A stretch of DNA of 64,000 nt from Basidiobolus meristosporus CBS 931.73. Its lineage: Eukaryota; Fungi; Basidiobolomycota. The DNA is taken from positions 13,575-77,574 of the forward strand of contig MCFE01000425.1 in the NCBI GenBank assembly GCA_002104905.1, given 5' to 3'. Shown in pieces: positions 28,352-40,310 of this stretch. The first letter of the stretch is position 1, and every line of letters starts with the position of its first letter. Both the position numbers and the translations under genes were made by a program. The notes below the pieces were generated by a model. The model searched no databases, was not told where the DNA came from, and was given only the letters and a program-made list of their open reading frames with translations.

Positions 28352-28377
28352 ATGGTCTTATTTCTCCTCCCTTACGG

Positions 28378-29448
28378 TGTGGTGGTGTATAGGTCAAAGG
28401 GAAAGATACGTCCAACACTTCTCAAGTGTTTTGTATGTGGGGTGTTCACTGGGTGCAATAACCTCTGGCAAAAGCTTGCTAGGAATACTTGGGTTCTGTC
28501 TCTAATCTAATGTGATGGGGAATAAAGCCACAAGCTTATCAAGGGAAAACTATTGAGCTACAATCCCCAACTTAGTTGGCGTCTTAACAAAAGTATGTGC
28601 TAGGTTTAGTGTCCTTTGAGATGACAATGTACTAAAGCTTCCAAAGTCAAAACAACTGTAAGCTCCACCAGCAGGGACTTGATAAGAATGCAGCTGTGGT
28701 CAATAGTTACAAAGACAGAAAAGTATCTTTGCCTGTACAAGCACAAACTTGGGTAAGAATCAAATATAATAAAAGATACCTACTCTGAGTATTACTCACA
28801 AGTAGTGCCTCCAAGGTCAGTTGGCTGCCAGCACAGTTTCCTGGGAGTGTCCTGTGGTCTGGGGTTGGAAGTTCAGGTAGCAGCAGGTAGCAGTGATCAC
28901 ACTAATTGACAAGTTGGTATATTGATAAAAAGGATGATGATTTATTGTTGAGGGATAGCCTCCCTTATATACTTTTCTCACTGGCTAAGTGATTACTAAT
29001 CATGGTGTTCCAGAAGGTTCCAGATATCAATAGAAATCTTAATGACATCAGAATGACCTAAGAATGTTCTAAGTAGGTACTGAAAGCTTCTAAGAGGCAC
29101 AGCACATCCAACCAATCAGGAATCAGTATTCTGAGACCTGTGTAACATAGGAACACCATACATGATATGGAAATGGTAGGGATGGTGACACAGGGCGATC
29201 ATGTCCCACAGGTACTGGCACAGGTACTTGCCTAATATAGAAGCACTTATAGCCAGTAATCTTACATAAAGTGAGGGGTAACTTATGCAACAAGGTAAGC
29301 ATGTGTGATAGTCAACCGGCTTATGGGATAGTACTGATTGGGTAAGATAAATGCAATAAAATTAAAATAAGTGTAGTAGATTTATAGGGAAGTAGAAAAT
29401 AAGGGAATCAGCACATCTGTCAGTGGGTGTCACTGTCACCCCACTACA
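28378..29448. repeat. LTR-X solo LTR (1071 bp), 4-bp TSD ACGG/ATGG
   Basis: TGTGGTGG..CCACTACA termini. Empty site CTCTTAC-AG-CATTGAAT at about 14670-14688. Confidence 0.87.
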
Positions 29449-29700
29449 ATGGCATTGAATCAAAGTAGTCTTGTCCATGGGGCAAGCAGTTTGACCTTAA
29501 ACAATGTGATGCTATTATATCACTTTTTGGTCATTACTTATGTGAACTTAAGACAGTCTTGTATTTGAGACAGTGCACCTACAGGAAAGTAAGATTCAAT
29601 GATGGCCTGCCATAGTGAGCATTATAAACAAAGTTGTGGCACCACATACACATGTATATGTGAAACTATTTCCCCTTTGGTTTGACTCACTTCCATATAT

Positions 29701-31396
29701 ATGCCACCAAAAAATAAAGCAAAGTCATTTGATTCCCAACTAAACCCCACCACTGAGAGCAACAGAAGAATGGTTGGACAACAGCTTGCTTTGACATTCA
29801 GTGCAACATGCAGGGCTACATTCAAAAAAGGCCCTGTGGACAGTGTGCCCATTGAAGGTAGTGATGCAGACTCCTCAGGCTCTCAGTCAAGTAGGTGATT
29901 GAAAACCTTGGCGGAGCCACAAGCTGACTGTTATGCTTAGGCAGATGAGAATGTAGCAAATGCAGTACCCTCAGTTGAAGACCGGCAAGTGGCCATGATA
30001 ACTTCACCACCACCTATATTAGAAAGTATGTTGTCAGCTCATATCAAAGCATTAATGAAGCAATTAGGTGCTGTGGCTGACAAGATAGATGCAACGGCCC
30101 AGAGAGATCAGGAAATAGTCTAGAAGCAGGATAAGCAGATAATACGTGTAGAGCAATCAATATCCCAGGTAGAGAAAGCAATATCTTTGCTGCATGGAAG
30201 GAACACAAGTAGCTCAATGTCACAGTCAAGAACTGAGCCATTTCCCATTGTAATAGCAGAGAAACACCTTGTAGTCTTTGAAGCACAACAACAGTGCCCA
30301 AAGATAAAACCCACAGAAAAACCTATCACAGCATGGGAGGGAGACAGTCAGGTGTGTATACCAAGGCCTATAAATCAAAGACATTGAAGATCTGTGAAGC
30401 CATTGCTTGCAACAATGAAGAGTTGCTAATATACATAAGGCTGTCAGAAGTCTAACACACCATCACCTTAAGGCCAGCATACCATGGGACCATCAGGAAC
30501 TCAAGGCCAAGCAGAATGCACTTCACTTGTTACTTGAATATTATCCTGGATTCAAGTGGGTAAACAGATTTTGGGCCAGCATTGATATGCTAAGAAAGTA
30601 TCTTAAAAATAGCAGAAACTATGAAAGGCAGAAGAACAAGGGTGCCATGGCTAAAAACCTGCAGCTTCCTCAAGAGTACATTATAAGCAGGGTGAAAGCT
30701 CCAGACATGCATCAAAGACATGTCAGGTAGCTGGAAGAGTGCCAATTAGGGACAAGCAGACAGACACAGATGCACCAGCACAATAGCACTCAGTTGAAGT
30801 AGCAGTGAAGGACCAGGCAGTGATAAAGGAAAAGGTAAAGGGAAAATGCCTACCCAAGCCCAAGAGAGTGAGGCATGCAAAAAAATGCAGCTCTTGCCAA
30901 TTAATGCCGCAAGCCAGGAACAGACTGAGTCCCATTGTAGCCAAGAAGAATTACCAACTAGAAAACAGTTGTTTTCACAAGAGTTGGAAGTGCAGCCACT
31001 TGAGCTACACTCCAGCAAAGTAGATGAGTTTGCTGAAAAAAGCAATTTGTCTACCACAGCCTCCACATCTTTCATTGTTGACAGAGTAGAGATCCCACCA
31101 ACTGACAAGGCTACAGCATCAAGAGCTTGAAAGACTATCACAATGCCTTCAGTGGAGTTCTAAAACATTGGGTGGAGATCCCACTGACTAACAAGGTAAC
31201 ATTGTCAAGAACTCAAAAGGCTGGCACAATGCCTTCAGTGGAACATTGGAGCATTAATAGGCACACCAATAGGTTGCAGTACTTCCTCAAGAGCAGTGCT
31301 CAAGAAAACACACTTGAATATTGCAAGGATTCATTGCAAGGACTGGCAGATGAGGTGATAGGCCTTGCAGTACCAGCTGAAGACCAGGATGTGTGA
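29701..31396 (+). pseudogene. CMC companion ORF2, best-preserved copy
   Basis: MPPKNKAK start, a coiled coil (LMKQLGAVADKIDATAQRDQEIV), a conserved block IHKAVRSLTHHHLKASIPWDHQELK..LLEYYPGFKWVNRFWASIDMLRKYLKNSRNYERQK, and a low-complexity C-terminus. A few stops and frameshifts. Confidence 0.72.
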
Positions 31397-33029
31397 GAAC
31401 CAGTGAATGAACAGAGGCATAAAGCTGTTGGGTTTCTGCCAAAGTTGTGGAACCAGAGCATTACAGCAGAAATATTTATTAAGTGGTAGATTTTAATGGA
31501 GTGACTTGTTGAGTGTGGGGTTGGGCTAAATGTTAATGTAAGGTATAGAGACTTGTATAAATGAATTCAATTGGCAATTGAGGTACAACTGAAGTTTCAA
31601 CAGAAATAAATTAATTCATACGCATGAAAAGTAAGAGAAACAGTTGAGTCAGGAAGTAAGGAGTGTGAAAAGAGGCAATAGCCAATTGATGCACACAAAT
31701 GTAGGAGGCAATAGAGTGTCTGGGATCAGAAAGTGAGCAAATTGGCAGGGAACTAATCAAAAGCCACTTATACTTTGTTGTGATGAAAAATTTGACTAAG
31801 TTTTTTGTGAAATCTGGGGTGCAATTATTTTTCAATGGTCTCTGGACAGTGTCCTGATGGGATCAGTGCTTCTTAGTCATGGGACTTTAACTTTGTGACA
31901 GCCTTTGGATGGGATAATCTCAATAATTTTTCAAATGGAGTTGTGCTCTGAAGACAGGAGGCTCCCAAACACTATATCAGATCTGATAATCTGTGAGTAT
32001 GCCACCAGCATGATTCAGACTTAGAGCAATTAGGAATATCCAATAACTAGCTTCATTAAGACCAGGTATTCAATAAAGAATCATATTGCATATAAGTTGA
32101 CAGTTTCCTATGGAGTTAAGTGACACCTAAGCCAAATTTGGACTATCTATCACACAAGATATGACTCAGTAACAATACTACACAAGAATATTGGAGCAGT
32201 GCGGCTTATTATAGCAGCAAAGTGGTCCATGAGAGACTACTTAGCTGGAGGCAATACTAACATCCCAGAAAACAACAAAGTTAACCTACCTGCTCTAGGA
32301 GCTAGAGAGGTGGTATTAAGGACCAACCCAAGGGTCTTAATGGGTCCAGAGGATAATGGACTTGCCTATTAGCACTATTAACCAAGCTCTATGCACAAAT
32401 ACACCCTCAAAAGTAGCAATGACATATCAGAGCTGACACATTGGATATACGCATTAGAAAGTGCTATATCAGGGTGCATTGTTTAATTGCAATAGTACAA
32501 ATGAGATTATACTTAGTTTTTTAGGATAAAGCCTCTTTGAAGAGTTACCAATCAGGCTGTGGTATTTGGTGATACTAAATCAAGCTTATTGAAGTGCTAA
32601 GGAAAGACCTGAGCACCTTAACAGTGATACTAGTACACAAAAGTGATTTTAATATTTGTAGGATACACAAGATCCATCTAAGTCAGCTTTAGAAGGAAAG
32701 GAGGCACCCAAAGATATTGCTGCAGTTGGAGTACAATATCCGAGATCACTAATGTGCAAATCCAACATTATATAAAATTGAAAGCACAAGCTTGGAAGAG
32801 GAAACACTAGGTCAACTGCTAGGATCAATCAAATGAGTAGTTGAGTAAGATCAGTTTGTAGTCAAATAAATTAGATTTACGTTGAGCCTATGACTATATC
32901 TGACTAGTTTTGTCTGCTCAAATAAGTGAAGGTCATAATAAGGCCATTGTAATGCCATCAAAATCCTCTCAAGGAGCTACCCAAACACCTACAAGTCTAT
33001 TTACTAGATTTGCAGTACATCCAGCAAAC

Positions 33030-33811
33030 ACCATTGCAATTGCATCATAACATTCTTAAGCAGGTCAATAATTCCAAGTTGCCAACATTTGATAGCTATT
33101 GTATGGGATCTTGATGGCTGATTCAGATTGGATCAACCTATGAAACCCAAATACTTTTCATAGGGTACCCACCTCAGTCTCACCCTCCCATGCTGTCATT
33201 AGCTTTTCTGTGGGCTTTATCTTTAAGCTCTGTTGTTGTGCTTCAAACGCTGTATGATGTTCCTCTCCTATTGCATTACAAAACTGCTCCATTTTTGGCT
33301 ATGTCCTATGTCTACTCAAGTTTCTTCATTGCCATCTAGAAACTATGTTCTCTATCCAGGATATTGATGGCTGTTCATGTATTATCCACTCTTCCTGTCT
33401 CTGGACTGTTTCCTGATTTCTCCAAGCAGTTGCATTTATCCTTTCAGCTTTTGCACCTAATTGCCTTATCAAGGCTTTAGTAGAGCTGGCAACATATTTG
33501 CCAATACTGCTGGTGGTGATGTTATGATAGTCATTGACTGGTCCTTGACTGGAGGCACTGCATCAGCTACAACCTCTTCTGCCTTATCATCATCATCAGC
33601 TTGTAGCTCTGTAGATATTCTCAATTGCATACTTGACTAAAAGCCTGAGAAGTCCACAGCATTATCTGTAGTGGGCACTCAGTGAAAATGGCCCTTCTTT
33701 GATGTAGCCCCACTTTTGGCATTGAATTCAAGAACAAGCTTGTGTCCAAAAATTTATCTGCTGATGCTTGTGACTGGGAACTAAATAACTTAGCTTTAAT
33801 TTTGGCAGCAT
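33030..33811 (-). mobile_element. Inverted CMC left end (about 33030-33165) abutting a minus-strand ORF2 5' fragment (33166-33811)
   Basis: ..TTTTCATAGGG at 33165 is the reverse complement of the left TIR. ORF2 ATG at 33811 (MLPKLKAK). Confidence 0.72.
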
Positions 33812-34199
33812 ATAAATAAGAGTATGTCTATAGAAATGAGAAATAGTATTACTGCTAGGCGTATATGTGGTGCCATAGGATTACTTATATTGCTCACTAT
33901 GGTGAGTCATCATGGAATCTCACAATTGAGTAGTTGCAATGTTTCAGATACCAGACTGTCTTAGGGCTGCATAAGTACTGATAAAGCAGCAATATAATGA
34001 TGTAAAGCTGTTGAGTGTCAAGCTGTTTGCTTGATGGTAACTTGATGGCCTTGTTGTGGACACTTTTTCAGCTTTATAAAGTATTATGGAGGCCTACTGC
34101 TAGTACAAAGTTATGCTATTGTATCAATTACTAGATAGTATTTTCTCTTGCTCCCTCTCCTTGGAGCATCTATATATTCCATAGTAGAGTCATCCCAGT

Positions 34200-37130
34200 T
34201 TATTTGCCAACTCAATGCTACTGTAGGTATTCCATCTATAGTTCTATCAAAGGAACTATGACCTCCAGCTTACTAACCTCCACATATTCATGCACCTGCT
34301 GCAATTGATGCACTACTATCACCTTAAATTTACAGCTTTTCAGTGTGATACTTGCAAAGATATCAAATACCTTTCATTGCTGGTAACATATAAAACTTGC
34401 AAACATATGCTTGGTTGCCACTACTGTTGCTATGAACTGTGGTAGTGGAAAGTATTCCATTACTACAATATCTCTAAGACCAATATTGCACTCAATTCTT
34501 TATTTTTCTTTTTGCTATTGTAACACACAAGTGAAAGATCAAGAATTTCCAACTTTGAAGAACAATTGCTCCAGACCCTGACAAGCAATCCACCCAAGAA
34601 TATTATATCATACAGAACACGTAGTAGCAAACACATGCTTCAGATTACTGCTCATTTGAAGCAGTACTAAAGGAGTTATGACCAAAAGAGTCCAATTATT
34701 ATATATACTATGCCTTATTGCTAGGATTACTATGGTGACTTTGATTGCATGTAACTTTTGAACCAGCCAATCTAATCACGTGAAATTTCCACAGGTGCTG
34801 CCCCTATGTCCGATCTGCACCACTGCAAAGTTTTAGCTTTGTGTTATGGGTATTGCTTGCACATCACCCAAAAACTTTGATCCTTCAATATTTTCATATA
34901 TATAACTTCCCCAGCTGAAAAAATAAAGGGAGAGCCTCTCTTTCCAGAATCTTCACACTACAATTACAAGTTTGAAGGCTATAAGACTTCCCCTGCATCA
35001 CTTGCACTGTTGAGTATTCTGACTTTCATTGGTACTACATCAGTAAAGAGACTGCAAAGCACACAAGAATCCAATCTAAGTTCTACCAGAAACTACCACC
35101 TTTCTGTTGCAAAAGTACTCTAAAGACACCCCTTTAGACACCCCTTTAGTCTAAAGACCCCTTTAGAGACCCCTTTGAGAAACCCCTTTACTCTAAAGAA
35201 ACCCCTTTAGGCACCCCTTTAGTGTAAAGTCCACTTTAGTGACCACTACAAGAAGCCCCTTTATTCTAAAGAGACCCCTTTAGACACCCCTTTAGGTCTA
35301 AAGACCCCTTTAGAGACTTCTACAACACACCCCTTTAGGTAGAAGGGGAGTTCAGAATTTTCATATTAGGAAATATTTTCTCAGAAAGGAAAGTGAATTC
35401 CAAATAAGGAAAATTTACTATAAAAGTAAAAAGCCCATTAGTTGACAGAAGGTCAGAACACTGCTGTAGAAGTGATAAACACTGCCTACAGTATATTTTG
35501 AGCCTAAGATTGAGGAAATTAGTGAAAGTTATATCTTCTATTGGTATATCAAGCTCCCAATAAACTATCTCAGTATTAGCATACTGGAAGTTGTTGTATA
35601 TTGCTGATTAGCCTCTACATTGTAGAACAAGCCTCAAACTAATCATAATACAACACAACAGAACACCTTTTGAATATTTGCAAATTGGCTTTTGGTACCT
35701 AGCAAGTATTGTTCCTTTGCCCTGCTGGATTCTAGTCCGCATTATAGGCACTGTATGAAATCCATATTGAATCAAGTAGAGTTCAACTTCTACCCAGAAG
35801 AACCTGGCATATTTGGTGAGGTTGCTTTAACAAAGATTAGTTGCTTATTTCATGCAATCAAATATTGCATTAGCTAGCTGATTGACTAAGTATTGGGGTT
35901 GCTTAGCTTCTAAATGCCTAAGACAAGGATATCTTCATGTGTGCATCTGTCCTTGGTATTTCCTACAATCCATGGCTATCATCCTTGTCCAAACTCATCA
36001 CATCCATGGCAAACTTGAAGGTAATATTCTTGCTGAGAATGGGATTTGGTGGTACTTGTAACTTCACTTATCTTCCTATGCTACCACACATCTTCTCTAT
36101 AGGAAGTTCCCAAATGGTGAAATATGGTCCAATATTTGCTGCATACAAAGCAAGATGGAATAGTAAATGTATACAGTAGCAGCACAGTTCAATGCATTCA
36201 GCTTATGTGTAGGCAAGTGAGCCTAGAAATCTATTTGCATGAGAATGATGTAATGTTGTGGCTAGAGCAGTGGAGTACTTCCACCAATATTAGTAATGGG
36301 GTGTTGAGGAGATTGAGCTACTTCTTGCTGAGATAATTGAAGAATGCAACTTACCATTTACATTGTACAAGTGGAGAACCATCATGAAACTGCCAGTATA
36401 TGACCTAGAGACCATTCTAATACCAACATGTGACAACTTCAGCATGTCACTCACATCAGAAAATGCAACCATTGCAAGGTGTCTAGCCTGTCAGGAATCA
36501 ACCACTGCATCAAAAAAATATTGCTCACACTGCAGACATCTTCCGGTTATACCACATCTTAAGAAGCTTATGCAAGTTAATAAGTATCTTGAAGGTATCA
36601 AGTACAGCACTCAGTATTAATCAAGTACAAATATTGTAATATATTCATTGGCAAACATTATAAATACTCAAGAAGCAGGGGCTATCTGGAAGGTATTTAT
36701 GACTATGCTTCTGCCTTGCCACCTGATGGACTCTTGCTGAGTAAGTACACTGCTAGTAAATCCTGCTGGCCTCTGATTCTGAAGAATCTGAGTCAACCAC
36801 CAAACTTGCATTATCAGAGCAGAAACCGGATAGTAGTTCCAATGATATCTGGCCCTGAACTACAGTACAACCTAGATTGTAACTCTATCCCTTGTAGAAT
36901 GAGCTTTGTATGCTGTCCAGCAAGATACAAGTAAATGTGCATTGTGCCAAAGCTCCTGTTACTATCTGCATTCAAGATATCTGAGCCATCAGCAAGATAG
37001 CCAGCTTTTCTGGCTGCAATGGACAATATAACTGCTCAATATGTGAGATCCAGGACATTTACTACATAACTTAAAGTTACTATTCCAAGCGTCAATACTA
37101 AGAACAGCATCTTCCCACACAGAGAATCTA
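34200..37130. pseudogene. CMC Tnp2 fragments: C-terminal part on - (34200-36220, split by LTR-Y), N-terminal part on + (36230-37130)
   Basis: Alignment to 25140-26700 in the same orientation and to 13300-14220 in inverted orientation. PDGLLLSKY..SGPE is read on +. Confidence 0.72.
34438..35660 (+). repeat. LTR-Y solo LTR (1223 bp), 4-bp TSD GAAC
   Basis: TGTGGT..ACAACA with GAAC on both sides; highly similar to 22588-23752. Confidence 0.9.
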
Positions 37131-37139
37131 TCAGAAAAC

Positions 37140-40100
37140 ACTTCTGCACTGTGTTCATGCTTCATCAGGATTTCATGGTGATTGAAACTTGCAACTTTGT
37201 ATTCATTGGCTACAAGAACAGCTTTAGCAAATGGCAGTTCAGTGGGATGGTCAATTGCTACTAGAACTCAATGGCTGCATCTCCTGATTGTTGGCAGTCT
37301 TCTGTGGTAATGGAAAGTATTCCATTAATCTCAAAACCAATATTGCACTCATTTCTTTATTTTGCCTTTGCTGTTGTAGCACAAAATGAAAGATCAAGAA
37401 ATTCCATTTTTCAAGAACAAAAGCTCAAGACCTTGACAAGTAATCCACCCAAGAATATTATGCCATGCAGAAAATGCAGTAGTCAACATCTGTTATAAAT
37501 TGCAGCACATTTGAAGCGGTACTTAAGGAGTTATGATCAAAAGAGTCCAGTTATTATATAAACTAGGCCTCTATTGCTAGAGCCATTCTGATGACTTTGA
37601 TTGCATGTAACCTTCAAACCTGCCAATCAAATTATGTGGGATTCTCACAGGTGTTGCACCTCTGTAGGATCTGTGCTACTGCAAGATCTATGCTTTATAC
37701 CATACGTATTTCTTGTGCAATCACCCAAAAACTTTGATCCTTCAGAATTTTCATATATATGATATCCCCAGCTGAAAAATAAAAGAGAGCCTCTCTATAA
37801 AGAAGTTCCACACAACAACTATATGTTCAGAGGTTATAAGACTTCCCCTGTATTACTTGCACTGTTGAGTATTCTGACTTTGATCAGTATTACAACAATA
37901 AAGAGACTGCAAAGCTCACAAGAATCCAATCCAAGTTCTAAATCAAAACTGCCACTTTTCTATCATCAAAGTCCCCTCTACAAAACCCCTTTACCTTAAA
38001 ACACCCCTTTAGGATAGAAGGGAGTTCAGAGCTACCATATTAGGATGTATTCTCTCTTAAAGGAAAGTGACTTCCAAACACGGAAAAGCTACTATAAAAG
38101 TAAAAGAGCCTAATAGTCAACAGAACAACAGAACACTGTTGTAGAAGTGAGAAACACTGCCTATAGTATATTTGAGTCTAAGACTGTGGATATTAGTGAA
38201 AGCTAATCTTCTATTGATATATGTAACTCCCAATGAATATTTCCATATTAGTATACTGGAAGTTGTTGTGTATTGCAGATTAGCCTCTAGATTGTAGAAA
38301 AACCTCCAAACTAATTGCAATACAATGCAACACTTCCATTTGAGTCAATTCCCTGTGGCTCAAATGGTTTTAAAGGCTCCAAGGAATAGAGTTCAGCAAC
38401 TCTCTGTAGCTGGCCTTAGTTTATTTGGCAACTTGGGCATGTTTTTGCTAGCATTTCAACTTCTTGTTTCTTTCTAGGACACTACACTCAAGCTTTAACA
38501 AGGCTGAAGATTCCTACAATTTCAAGAAGTCCATACTCATTGTGTAGCTTATATAGTTGATCCAGGTAAGCAACATATGGGCAATAAGCAATGGGGCTTC
38601 AATCACAGTTTGCTATCTTTATCCTGGTTAATCATCTTGATATCTTCATCCACAACATTAGGAATGGCTTAGTGCGCCAGGTACTCTGATAATAAGCAAA
38701 GCCAAACTGATTCAGTTACCAAGCTGAGTTGTGCAACTTGTTTTAGTCTTGATAAGGCATCAGCAACCATGTTTTTTTCCTGGCACAGTAGACATTCACC
38801 TAGTCAGATTGCTGAGTGTATTCACTCCATCATGTCATCCTTCTGGATGGTACCTTCAGAGTAAATATATAATTTGGTGATGCACAATTGGTCTTCACAG
38901 TGCTCATGACTTCTCCAGTGTATTGTATTTGTGTCTTCAAGCAGTGTTTTATGGCAAGCATATTCTTCTCATGCACTGGTTAGTTTTGCTCTGCTGATTC
39001 CGGTTTGTTGGACTTAAAGCAGCGTTGTAGTTCTTTCCCTCATGTTCTCTGCTCTGTACTCAACCAATTGCATGATCTGAAGCATCTGTGCACATGTTAT
39101 GATTTACCACATGAATGTTTACATTAGCTCAGTTTTTGGTCAAATCCATTAGTTTTATGTTTGGCCTATTAGAATATCAGTGCTATCTACCAAATTAGTA
39201 GTATTAATCAGCAGATGAACCAGCAGATCCTTACCAGACACAATAAATATTCTAAGTGTGACCTAATTGGGTGATGACAATAGAATCAAATGAGTCATCA
39301 CCCACAGCCTACATAAGAAAATACAATTAGTCAGCTACTGATAAGGCTAAATGTATCTAAGGAGCTGTTAGAACCTCAATAAAAATCAGTTTAAGCTTCA
39401 GTGAATACAATACTCTCTGCACTCCCTATTCCTGTACAATCTGTATACCAAAGCATGTAACACAGAGTAAACTCTTTTCTGAGGTCAGGTATTTTGAGCT
39501 TGGCAGGTTAGCATGTTCATTTTAGAATATCTGAACAACAGTCTGACAGGCCATGACTGGCTTTTGGTATAGCTTGCTCACTCTTAGCTTCTTCAAGATC
39601 TTTCTAGTGTGCACTAATGGTATGTTTACAAGCTCAAATAGAAAGATATCTGAATATTCCTTCAAAAAGGTCTGTACCTTCTGGGGTGCTGGAGTAGAGG
39701 AATTCACCTGCAATATTGAAATGAGGAGCATCTGGGTACCTTTCCTAAGTCCACTACAGTACCGTGTTCTGTCAAGCTCACTTGATTGCCTATACTAGAT
39801 ATGGCAAAGTTAAAATAAAGGCTGGCAGGTAAAACTTGTAATTCTGTGGTCCTTGTAGATGTAAGTAGCCTGGGTTCTCCTGTTGATTAATAGATTACAA
39901 CAAAATAGCCAGGTCTTTGCAAGTACAAGGTCCAACTTGCTGGTCCCAAGCATGTAGGCCTGTAGGTCCTCTTTACAGTCATTGAACTTCATTCTTACTG
40001 GCTGAGTAATATGGCTGATTGTGGAAAAGTTCTCATCAGCTATAGGAGCTGAAGTTGATTTGATAGGTTCCAAGTTGATTCCAGCTTCCAAGGAAAATTG

Positions 40101-40310
40101 TTCTGCTGTGCAATTGTGTGCTGCTCCCAAGTCAATCATAAGAGCTTTCCTGAGTTTGAGGTCATTTGGGATAGGTATATCTCTGTCATATGGAGGGTGA
40201 GCACTGAGTCTTGTGCAAGTCATCCTCTGCTTGACTATGAGCTTGGGAATCAGTATGGCAGAAGTTCTTGTTGAATGGTGTTCATTTCTTTTCTGAGGGA
40301 AGTACCAAGC
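37140..40310 (-). mobile_element. Gypsy-1 internal remnant (protease, deleted RT, integrase), split by LTR-Y
   Basis: MIDLGAAHNC protease motif; aligns with 52930-53300 and 54190-54900. Confidence 0.75.
37303..38332 (+). repeat. LTR-Y solo LTR (1030 bp), 4-bp TSD CTTC
   Basis: TGTGGT..GCAACA with CTTC on both sides; the gypsy integrase host is continuous across it. Confidence 0.88.

Larger units (their letters stand above)
24607..31939. mobile_element. Full-span CMC/EnSpm element E2 (about 5.4 kb after removing two LTR-X inserts): TIR - Tnp2(-) - ORF2(+) - TIR
   Basis: Left TIR CCCTATGAAAAATAATT at 24607, preceded by GTT. Degenerate right TIR AATAATTTTTCAAATGGA followed by GTT (31940-42). 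Both ORFs present head-to-head. Confidence 0.8.
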
